DNA of 64,000 bases, taken from the NCBI RefSeq assembly GCF_009914755.1, contig NC_060935.1; one strand, written 5' to 3'. A model generated the notes under the pieces. It did no database searches and had not been told where the DNA came from. It saw only the letters and a list, made by a program, of their open reading frames with translations. The position numbers and the translations under genes are program-made. Source of the stretch: the human T2T-CHM13v2.0 reference genome, Homo sapiens. This document shows positions 52,260 through 64,000 of the stretch, piece after piece (the first letter of the stretch is position 1; each line of letters opens with the position of its first letter).

Positions 52260-55200
52260 ATTCTTAGTATTTTAACCAACTTACTTAATTCTACATTTGT
52301 ACAACAAAGTCCCAAATTGCTCATTATTTCTATCTTCCTCCCAAATGTGACATAAATCTTAGTGGGCAAAAATGGTCATATTGCCTTGAAGCCTAAAATA
52401 TTTACTCTCTGGCCCTTTAAGAAAAAGTTTGCAGGCCCCTGCTCTAGAATAATAGTTTAGTGGGGTGGAAAAATTATAGGTTGATGGTTATATTTTTCAA
52501 CACTTTGAACATATTCCTTCAATGTCTTTGGCCTTTACTGTTGCCCATAAGAAATTATACTTTATGTATTACAGTTTTACTATGATGTGTTTAGCTGTGA
52601 ATTTTTCTTTGTGTGTACTGCTTGGAACTCAGCATACACTATACATAAGGTGATCACGCCTTTCTTCAGTTTCTTGTCAGATACTGTTTCTCTGCTATTT
52701 CTTACATTGGAGTTCTTGATCTATATATTATATCTCTTAACTTAAAAAAAATAATTGTTTTGTTTTTTAAAATGTCCTCTCTGTTAGTGCTGCATGCTAC
52801 TAACTAAAGCACATGTTAACTCAGTGCTATCTTCCAGTTCACTAATTCTTTCTCCAACTACATATACTCTAAAGTTTATACTATTGCTTTTCTGGTTTGG
52901 TGGCTATATTTTTTATTTTCAAGGTTTCTAATTGGTTCTTATTTCATTTGTTGGTTTATTTTACCTTTTATTGCTTGCTTGACTTCCTTATTTGACAGCT
53001 TTGCAATTACCTCCACGAAGATGACCCCCAATCAGATCTTCTAATGGCATTTCAGGGCTCCTGTCCCATGTATTGTTGGGAAAATCATAGATCCAATCAT
53101 GAGGCAGTGGCCAATTTAGTTGAATTCTTACTCAAGAAGCTCTGGGTTCTCCAGCCTCTATAGGTTCCCATCATTCTTACAGTCATAGCCCAGCAATTCT
53201 GAATTTTTCCACAAGGGACACTGGGCAATGTCTGTAGATACTTTTGGTTGTCACAACTGGAGGAGGTGGGTTGTTGTTACTGGCATTTAATGGGTACAGG
53301 CCAGGAACAGCGCTAAACATTCTACAATGCATAGAACAACTCTACTACACAGAATTATCTGGCCCAATGTGTCAACAGCCCTTAGGGTAAGAAACTCTGC
53401 CATAGCCCCAGGTAGTGATCAGCACTTTTCAGTCTCCTTTCACAACTAAGGGAGCTACACTCCAGCTCCCAGCTTTAAGCAGTGAGTGTGGCCTGGTGAG
53501 CACTGTTAATCTTGGTCTGGTGAGCACTGTTAATTGCTGAGATCCCTCAGAGGTGGATCTCCTAGTGATCATTGTGAGCTTCTAGACCCAGAATCAACAG
53601 ACCCAATGATGAAGCCCCATTCGTGTTGCATTTCTGGTCCGTGGACTTACCTTATTCCTGAGCCATGCCTCTTATACCTTTTTGGTTTTCTACTTTAACA
53701 TTTAATCTCTCACCTCTGTATGTTTGAAGCAAAGATATTGAGTCAAAACACGAACTCACTGTGCCACCTTCACCCAAGCCAAATGCTTAATAAGGACAGT
53801 CTACATGATTCAACCATTTCTTTTTCCTTTGTTTTATTATTTCTTAGATTTTTTTTTAGATAAAAATATCAGATGTTTTGCAATATGCTCTCCCACAACT
53901 CACTGTATAATGAGATAGTACTTTCTAGGTTGAATTTTCTCAGAGGTATTTTCAAGGGAGCAGCTCAAAGGGGCCTTTGAAAAGATCTAGAAGCCTTGCA
54001 GCTGACAGGAGGAAAAGGAGACCCTGATGGATGCTGGCACATTTGACTGGAGCTTCTCCCATATTTAAAGGATGCTGGGGTGCAAGGTGGAGGTTTTTGA
54101 AGGTTGTATTTCAATGGACACAGCTTCCTTTCCCTGTGACTTGTGCCCCTGCTTCCTTGTGTCTTGGTGACCCAGTGGGAACTGCTATATATGGAAAGAA
54201 GATAGTTATGAAATGCCCAAGGCAGGCGTCTCAGTCTCAAATGAGATTAGAGGAGCAGGATGTGGAAAATCAAAACCACAGAAGACCCTAAAATTCCCTG
54301 ACACTGGATAAAGCACAGCTGTCATCAACATCCAACGTTTTGCTTTTCCAAGCCCACTGGGTCTGAGTGTTTCATGTGCAAGACCAGGACTCAGTTCCAT
54401 CTAATTCAGATGCCATGCATCCCCTGCAGTGTCTCCCCTCTAGGGACACTGCCCTAGCCCAGCAGAGGTATGGTTCCTAGAGTCTCCTTCCAGAGCGCTG
54501 TTTATCATGGGTCTGCTCCTGGCTCACCCCAGGCTCATTTGATTGGATGAAAGATGGACACCTGGCCTAATTAACTTCTGTCTCTGAGGAAACTGATTTT
54601 GAGTAATGAAGATGTAGTCATTTACCTGTGGGGAGCCTAGCTGGAAGGTCATGTGGAATTGGAGGCTGAGGACACCATTTTGGGGTTGCCAGAAGAAGGC
54701 CATGTGCAAGCAGGACCGCCATGTACAAGCGCATCCAACTGAGAAGTAAGTGAGCCTGGAAACTCAGCTTGCCAAACTGTGTGCCCTGGAGTGAACACCT
54801 TCTTCTAATTTGCACGAAGTTGTCACATGGGCTAGCATTGGAACCTGTGTGCAAGTAGATGAGTGTGCAGAGGAGATGTCCTATAAAGACAAGAATGAAG
54901 GAAATGTGCAGCCTGGATGCGAGACGAGTAGCCTCAGGGAGGAATAACAAGCGAGGTGGAAGAAAGAGTTGCCTGTAGTCCTCAAAGCTCCTGAGCCCTT
55001 TGTTCCAGTCCCTGCAAACACCCAGCTCCACTTCCTACCTATGGCTTGTGGGAAATGTTCTAGTGTGCTTATAATAAATTCCCCATTGCTTAAATTAGCT
55101 TTAATGAGTGGATTTCTGTTCTTTGCAATTAAAAATGCGCTGTTGTGATTCAGCTTGTTCTTATGTACTATTGTATGCTCAGAGCCTAGCACAGTGTCCA

Positions 55201-55583
55201 CACGTAGTAGTTGCTCAGTGAAGATCTGCCAAATAGATGCATGGAAGAGAAACTTGTGAAATGAGTGGTTTAAGAAAGTGCCAGTATTTGAGATTCCTCA
55301 CCAAGTCCATCTGGCACAACAGAAACATGAGAGTTTCTATGGTGAAATTAAACCAGTAACATTTTTCACCAGAACACATTGGTGAAATTCCAATAAGAAA
55401 ATACAGTGTAAGCCTCAATTTTCAGAGGCTTATGATGCTCCCTTGGTGAAAAGAAAATTTACGTCAGTGGTGAAATAAAATCTAGGATTTTTTAAAATGA
55501 CAATAAAAATGTTTAGCAAAGCTAAAATTTGGAATTCTTGCTGGAATGATATATTAACTAAAAAAAAAAAAAACCAACATCTC

Positions 55584-55879
<296 letters not shown>

Positions 55880-55899
55880 TCCATACATTTAGAAAAGGA

Positions 55900-56775
55900 G
55901 AAGGAGAATTTATTTTTTATAAAGGGTTACAGCCTACAAGGTGGCCATCCTGCAGGCTGGGAAGCACAGCCTTTGGTCAAGACCAGAGACAGGCACTTCA
56001 AAGGAGGAGGGATAAGGGTAGGAGCTTTATTCTGACTAGGTTGGCTAAACATACACATTCAACAGGTTACAGGAGAATCCATGAATATTCATGAACGTTC
56101 TAACACATGCATACTGAACAAACATGTATGTAGCATGTTTCCTTTGGGGTGGAGACTTAACATTTAAATGTACTACAGTTGGGCCCTATTCATCAAAGGG
56201 TCTTTTCAGAACACAAAGGCATGCAAGTGTGCAGCCTCCGTAAACAAGCCAGAACCAGTCCATGGTTGGTGGTCTTATCTGGAGGAATGTTACCGAAGTC
56301 AGTCTCTTGTCCAATCAAAGCTGTAGTTCTGGCTGGTGGAACAGGGATTCAGTGAGTCAGTGTCTATGAGCTGGATGAATTTGAATTATTTTAATATTGC
56401 TAATCTCAAGGCCAGTGCTTGTTTAGCTGCTGAGAAAAAGAAAACCCTTGCAGCAGGTAGAACATAGCTTATTCTTAATTGTTGGGGTTGGGGCTGATGT
56501 GTGACTTAAACCTTGTCTGCCATAGCCTTAGATCCTGTTTATGATTTGGTATTTTATTGCCACAAAGAGTCTGTTCCATCTTAGGATCTCTATTTTAACA
56601 TTAATGCTGGTCAGTTATTGTGTCTAAACTCCAAAAAGGACAGGGTATAATAATGTGTATTTGCCGCCTGACACAGCTAGGAACTCAGTGTTAAGGTTTT
56701 GCTGGGGTCCCATTGACCACAAGGGGGTCCATTCAGTCAGTAGGGGGTGCTCAGGATTTTATTTTAAGTTTATAT
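55900..56775 (-). mobile_element. MER4-group ERV1 solo LTR
   Basis: gaatattcatgaa...ggggtggagacttaacatttaaatg...agggggtccattcagtcagtagggggtgctcaggattttatttt. Confidence 0.75.
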
Positions 56776-59700
56776 ATAGATGGGATGGCCTGCAAGAGAT
56801 CAGTCTATTCAGCACTATTCTTGGAAGCAGTAGCTCAGAGTTTGAATAACTTGCGTGAGGTCACACAGCAAGGGTGGGACAAGGGAGCCTCGATCTCAAG
56901 TCTTTGGCTCTCAAGGCAGTGTTTCCACTACAACGAGCTGCCCCTGCCAAGGAGGTTCTTATCCTTCCTCATGACTTTGCTACTGCAATTAAAAAAGACA
57001 CCTTTTCTGATACCCATTGAAACAGTTCTCAGTCTTTTAACCCTCGTCAAATGGTTGGACTAATGACTGCATTTATGCATTTATAAATTGAGCGCACATT
57101 TAAGAAAAACAACCCATCAAATACATCAGCTTCATTGCAGCTCCATTAAAAAGAAGTTTTAAATGACCAGGTTACCAAAAAAATGTAATTTTCTACTGTA
57201 TTATTGCCTGTGAAATATTACAAGTGTGAAATGTAATTACATTAATGCTATTTTTGATATCATATCAGCAAATTATGCCGAGTCCCCACTGTGACACTTC
57301 TATCAGGGTAAGCATTATCCTGTTGTGAGTGTCGATCCCGGGGGAAAATGAAGTCGCTCAAATGGTTTCAATGCTCCAGCAATTAGCCACCTCAAGGCTG
57401 CTGAAGCTTCCAGGGAAGGGTTGATTTCAGAGCCACTTATGGAATGTTTAACCTGTAAACATCTAGGCCACTTACCTCCTGTTTGTCTTTTTTCCAGTTA
57501 AGCCCCAGAGAATCCTCTTTATGTAAGCAAAGCATCATTTTATGTAATAAGAATTTTTCTACTACCATTTTCCTTCTTAATCATCAGCAAATCCCTTTCT
57601 GCTATTAAAATACACACCATGCAAAGTGGAAAAAGAGCTGATAAGTATATATTGTGCTGAGGAGTAATACCCTAATGCCATGAGGAAAAAAAACACACAC
57701 AATGTGATATGTTGGAGGATTAGCTATGTTCACGTTGAGCAAACAAAAATAATAACTTCAAGTATCCTTTGGAGACCCCTGATTTGTTTTCTGAAGTTCA
57801 AAAGCTTTATTAGAAGATTTAAAATGATGCCAAAAAAATAAAAATAAAAACCACACACTTAGGCTTTGTAAGATTCCCATTTACTCTGGGTGTAAAAACA
57901 CCATGTGCTGAAGTCAGATCCAGCTTACAGGTGGGAAGAAGCTGTCTGGGCAAAAATGTCCCTCTAGGCAAATACCATGCAGAATTTCAAATCATTTTTT
58001 CTACCAAAACAAAGGACTCCATCTTCACCTCACTCTTACTGAACTCTATTAAAAATTAACTGGAAAGACCTTGTGATATAAATGCAATAGTAAGTTGCTA
58101 ATATAACTTAGACTTCTGATTAAATTCTGTAAAAATTAAAGTTTTGAAGCTGGAGATTGTTCATAAAGAGGTATTTCATCCATAGTGTAAAACCAACCTC
58201 TCCAAAAAGGAAACAGTTCCCTCCAACTCAGCAGCTGCAATTAAGCTTAGCTGCAATGAAGAAAGCATTAAGGTCAGTTACCAGATCTTGAGCATCTCTG
58301 CATTTTCAGTTCTATTTTAGGCAGAGAACCACCCCTTAGGCTGCCATTCCATCTGGAAAATGTAATTAATAAATCATCGGTTCTCGGCTCTGCACGCTGC
58401 CTTACAGAGCGTACAAGAAAGAGAAGGGAAATCTAAGATCTATTTATTACATATCAGCCCCTAGCTCTGCCATGCATGTCTTCTAAAGTACCCTTGGATC
58501 TCTAGGAAAATAGGTGCTCAGATTTTCATGGGGAAGCTCAGCCCTCTCCTCTGATGCATAGAATCCCCTGCTCTTTCTAACAATCTAATCTGCAAGCCTG
58601 GACTACCATACAATCTCAACCTTATTCTCTTGAAGCTGGGAAGGGGAGGCTGAAGAACAGAAATACCTCAAGGGGCTTCCAGGGCCTAACGAAAGGCACC
58701 CTTCTGCGGTAACAACCTCAAGAAAGCCAGGGGTAGGAGGAGACCTGGGGCGGGGTGCGGGGGGTGGTTGGGGAGGGGCGCTGGGGCAGCTACCGGTTCA
58801 GGTTCCTGGGGGAGCAAAGCATTCTTAAATTGGAATCAGATTGAACAGATTCAAACTCAGGCTCTTTCTGGGGGTGTGAAACTTGGGAAACTGACTTAAC
58901 CTCTCTAAACCTCAGTTGCACTTCAGAGTAACCACTTAACTCTTAGTTATCACTATGAAGTTTTTAACTGAAAACCCAGGAAACACCTGCAAGTACTTTT
59001 AGTCACAGGTTTTTTGTTTTTTTTTTTTAAATGAGAAAAGTGATGCACAGAGATGTAAATGGCCATGCCAAAGTCAAGATGGTAACTCCAGTCCACGGTG
59101 TAAAGCTCTGTCCAAGACCTCAGGGTCTCATCCTCATGGTGGTTTTACTCTTTCTACATAATCCGAGTGTCTCTCTTGTCATCCTTAGGCCAGGAGAACT
59201 ATCTGAATGCTACGTTAAACCTAAAAAGCATACTTAAAAAAATACTTAAAAAAAGCCCTTTTAAGCTTTGATTTTACAATATTTACTCACTCTGCATGCA
59301 GCCCTGATTAATGCCTGAATTCAACCATTGTGGTAGTGTGTATATATGCCATTTATATATAATTCCAATCCTCCACACCTAACTGGAGTGCTGTCTTGGC
59401 TTCGGGGTTTCTGTGCCTCCTTGCTTCAGAACACCGGGTATTTGGGATTAAATCCAGCCTGAAATGTTATTTGCTCTGTTTAGTGCTTTTATGATGATTC
59501 TCTTATTATCTGCATGTGCTTCAGTGCTAATTGTACATTACAATGGTTGTAAGCAGGCAGCCTGTGAGCCAAACAGGAGAGTGCAGGGTTTGGAACAGCC
59601 GCTATTTAGGGTCCAGGCAAGGGAAGGGCTAGAGAAAGAAACACCAAAAAGAAAAAACAGGGTAACTTTATTTTGGCATTCAGAGAAAACAGGACCCTGT

Positions 59701-59995
59701 GCTGCCCCAGGACCAAATTAACTGTTTCAGGATATTTAGCAAATTGTTCCATCATGAAAATCTGTAAAAGAGAAAAATTAGTGTTACCCCTAAATCCTAT
59801 ATCTAAAATCCTATGTCTTCACATGCCAGAATCCATATGTGACTGTATGCAAGCAATGTTAAAAAAGGGAAATATACAATTTAAGTTATAAAAGCAGTCA
59901 AAAGATTTTGATGATAGCCGACATACCAATTTAAGCAAGAAGATTAAATTAGCCAAATAATAAATTTCTAAACCGAGTTTGAAAAGAAACTTTAC

Positions 59996-60037
59996 ATCTA
60001 CAGCCATACCACCCTGAACACGCCTGATCTCGTCTGA
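59996..60037 (+). pseudogene. 5S rRNA 5' fragment retrocopy (nt ~1-42) with target-site duplication
   Basis: atctacagccataccaccctgaacacgcctgatctcgtctga versus 5S GTCTACGGCCATACCACCCTGAACGCGCCCGATCTCGTCTGA; flanked by gaaaagaaacttta (59981-94, 60036-49). Confidence 0.93.
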
Positions 60038-60642
60038 AAAGAAACTTTATAAATCAGCCCTCTGATATTTATGATAATATAAGAATTTACAGGAAAATTA
60101 TGCTCCACCCTCTACAAAGACATTTCCAGTAGCTTAGAAATAACAATGAGCCCCCCAAATCATGCTTTATGGTGCAACATTCTAATATTCTATGCATAGT
60201 TTGCAAGTTATTTTAAAAGACCATATATGGCACTAAAATGCATGTACAGATGAATGATAAATTGCACATAGAAAACAAATTATGTAGTAATTCTTGGTAT
60301 TTTTATTAGCTTAAACATGATTTTAGCATTGACATTTTGTACAGTGTAATGAAACACAAATTATAATTAGAAACATCTTGGTGTTCATTCTTGAATTCAT
60401 CTTTTGCAATTCCCAGTTTTCTGACAACTGCTCAGGCACTGGAGAAGAGGGACAATCAAATGTTACCAGCTTTAAACTTAACTTGCCCACAGTCTCTAGG
60501 ATTTCAGCTTTTTGCACGTTTCAGGATGATTATCAGAAGGGCCAGATTTATGTCAGGCCATTGAAACCTAAGCTGCAGCACCCTTCAATGGCTCAAGCCC
60601 TTTTCAAGGTCTAAGACTTAATTTTGCCTTTGTAATTTTGTC

Positions 60643-60673
<31 letters not shown>

Positions 60674-61681
60674 ATAGGTCTTCTCAAATGCATACATATC
60701 AAGCCCCACCCAAACTGCTCCTTGGTAGACCAGATGAACCTTTGTTGGCATCTGAGCCAGGTCATGGATAGCAAAATGCCAGCCCTGCTGAGTCCCTTCG
60801 CAACAGTGTGCTCACCAAGTGCACGAATGCCTGGCATCATCAGACTGGGTGGTGAGCAGATGACACTCTGAGTGACAGTCTCAGTGGGTGATTTTCCTTG
60901 CACGATGCAGGCAGATACTGTAGTATAAGATGGTTTGAGATGAATTTTCTTTTTAAAAAAGAAGTATGTTGGCAATGCTTTGCTAGCCCTTGTTTTTCAC
61001 ATGTAATGAAAATTTGCAGATACCTGTGAAATGAACCTGAGTGTTCCCAAACAAGGATTCCAACCAACTTTCAGTAAGTTAGTAGGCCTTTAAAAAAAAA
61101 AATCAGGCTTGCAAAATGGTACAGTTTGGCTTTTTGTCTAAACATTTGAAAATTTTTTTTACTTTAAATTTTTAATTCATGTAGCACAGCTCAATCCAAA
61201 ATGGCTTGCAAACTCCATGAAAATATCTAAAATATCTGGTCTGGTTTTTATTTTCTTTCAACTAAGTAATCAAGAGTTAGTAGATTTCACAAAGTAATTC
61301 ATTCCCTAAAGACTGCCTAGAGTTTGTCTTACCATCGTCTATTTCATCTTAGAGCTTCTCATGAATACAACATTAAGGAAATGGGTGAATAGATCTAATC
61401 TTATTGATCACCTGGCCCAGGTATTTGCTAATATGATGCTAATGTAACCTCAGAATAATTCTAGGAGGGTAAATACCATTATCTTCATTTTATAGCCATG
61501 GAAACAGAGCCTCAGAGAAGCAAAAGAAGTAGCCCAAGTCAGGTCATGTAACTAACTAGTAACAAAACAAGTATGAAGTCCAATCAATTCTATTACACTA
61601 GACAACTAAACATTTAAATACACACATAACCATTCTCACAGTATATGAGGAGAATCACTAAGAAAAGTGCAGAATTCGTCA

Positions 61682-62013
<332 letters not shown>

Positions 62014-63729
62014 GAGTATATGTAGTTTGAAAACTTCGAAATAAAGAAGATGGGGGTTCACAGGAGGTGAGAGCTTATCCACGATAAAGCAGAGTGAAAG
62101 GTAAAGACTATATGCAAAGTAAACATTTTCCAATTCCGGTCATGCATTATTATAGCATAACAAACAGAAATTGTGAAGTCACAGGGTGAAGATAATACAA
62201 TAGTCTTTTAAAAAGAGTGCCAAAATTCTTGGGCTACAGCTGAAAAGTGATCTAGGTTACTCAGTCTTGCATCCTAGAAAGTATGCTTAAGGCTTGAGAT
62301 TTAAGAAAGAAAGAGGACTCTTAAACAACAACTGAGACCAAAAAGCTGGAGAAATTCTTCATAAAAGACACTAAGCTTATCATGTTCCATTCCACATTTA
62401 GCACTAGACCAGATACTTCAAAGAGAAGAGAAGAAAGTATCAGGATAGGATCAAGATCGTATCAGTTTGGAAGTAAGTTAAGGATTCTGAGGCTGTAAAT
62501 CAGAAATCAGAAAACAAGGTCATTTATTCTGGAATGTGATGTGGTTGAGTTTTCTCAATGGGATTCAATGGAGATGGAAAAGGGCCCACCCAGTTATAAA
62601 GCTAGACACTGACAGATTGAATGAGAAAATGGACAGAGGCTAAAACACCAAATCAAGGAAGATGGACAGCCTTTGGCAGGAGAAGAACGGGCCTCTAAAA
62701 TGAATTTGGGGCATGGGTTGATTTTAAGTCTTTTGGCATCGAAAAAGAATGACAGCAGCACTCAATTTGATCTTGAGAATCAATGCCAATTCCTTATTAA
62801 ACTGTCAATCTTTTTTAGTGTCATTCCTAAAGATCTTGATTGGATGAATGTACCAGTGAACCAGAATGTTACAAGTTTCAACAGTTCTCCTCGAAAAGTA
62901 AACACCAGGCTCCACTCAGAGTTTCTGGCGTTTCTGGTGCCATTAGCACGACCATGATACTGATTAAGACATCAACAACACTGCAGATATTCCTAAGAAA
63001 CTACATTGAATTGTTTACCTCATGAAAAATTTGCAGAAAATGTCTAATTTTGAAAAATATTTTCAAAATAAAAAGCTGGTATTGGTTTTCATTGAGCCCC
63101 CAAACAACGGAGCTTCCTCAGGGCTGCATTTTTCTCTCCAGAAAATTGTGGGAACAGCCATCCTGGCAAGCTGGAAATTTATTAAGGCCATGATAAGATC
63201 AGTAACTTTGAATCACTTCTCCCCTAAAGGATAATTCCTGTGTCATCTGTCCACTTGAGCTCCTTTGGGACTGTGGAGAAGCCAGCAAAAGGATTCAAAT
63301 CTGACTCTTCCTTCAGGGACAAAATATAGGGAATTCCTTGATTTCACAGCTCCCAAGATTATGCAATGACCTAAGTCACTTGTCTACACCAAGCTTTAAG
63401 ATGTAGATGGATTCAGATAAGCCAGAAAGTAAAGCTCCTGTTTGTGCTCAACTGCAATTCCATCCTCAACCAACAGTCTATTCCAAGTCAAAGAATCCTG
63501 AATTCAACTACCCATCATCCTTATTGTAGGTCTAGGCAAAGAAAATATGTTTACATACAAGGTCTCCTCAGTCTATCCCAATGAGGGAGTAAGGCAGTAT
63601 TTTTTCAATAAGAATTGAACAGAGGGCCAAGCACAATAAAGACAATATGGCCATCAATGCAGCTAAGTAGATGTAGATGTATACATGTGTTTGCTCTCTG
63701 CCACACACTGTGCTAAGCACTTTATCTAC

Positions 63730-63985
63730 TTCCTTTGATCCGAGTGCCTAGCATAGAGCCTGGCACATAGAAGGTGCTCAATAAATATTTGTTGAATGAA
63801 TGAATGAATGAATGAAATAAAGCTCTGTGGGCATCATCATGATCATGTATAATGAGGCTGAGAAAGGGTAACAGAGGTCCCCTAGCTAGTAAGGAGTAAG
63901 GCCAGAATTCAAACCCAGGCATAGCTGTGCGTTTATATAAGTTTACCCATACAAGTTCATGTCCTTAACCATCTACTTGCCTTTT
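63730..63985. mobile_element. L2 3' end with (TGAA)n followed by a MIR
   Basis: gtgcctagcatagagcctggcacatagaaggtgctcaataaatatttgttgaatgaatgaatg; aatgaggctgaga...ttcaaacccaggc. Confidence 0.75.
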
Positions 63986-64000
63986 AAAAATATTACTTGA

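Noticed and set aside
54524-54709. Minus-strand ...GSPQ|GT donor as the upstream thioesterase exon
   Set aside because: The preceding residues do not resemble a thioesterase, and the region looks like an old LTR.
59464-59721. Secreted micropeptide with a signal-peptide-like start
   Set aside because: The hydrophobicity is explained by T-rich DNA; no promoter, splice or homology support is visible.
62150-63250. Coding-like purine-rich stretch with short ORFs
   Set aside because: No recognisable protein motif; probably an ancient LINE relic that I cannot classify.

Overview
Primate (human-like) genomic DNA, not microbial. The window opens with the last coding exon and 3' UTR of RCN1 (reticulocalbin-1, ending HDEL-stop) on the + strand. 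About 6.5 kb downstream and convergent with it is a minus-strand terminal exon (8209->~7860) encoding the C-terminal half of a hot-dog-fold (4HBT-like) acyl-CoA thioesterase. This exon is interrupted by one in-frame TAA and is most likely the unitary pseudogene THEM7P, which would make the rest of the window its intron. The remainder is dominated by transposable elements: about 14 Alu/monomer copies, a near full-length decayed L1PA15/16-like LINE nested in an older L1M, many MaLR (MLT/MST/THE1) and MER4-group solo LTRs, DNA-transposon relics, and a decayed class I ERV provirus (39088-45663; PBS-Arg, gag-pro-RT-RNaseH, no recognisable IN/env). The ERV has an unusual 3' end: LTR, second PBS and leader, duplicated U5 tip, then the TSD. 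There are also small-RNA retrocopies (U3, 5S), several short locally templated insertions, and repeat-poor blocks rich in homeodomain motifs that look like conserved enhancers. Nearly all ORFs in the supplied track are spurious or repeat-derived. Repeat subfamily names and identities are from visual recognition, not computed.
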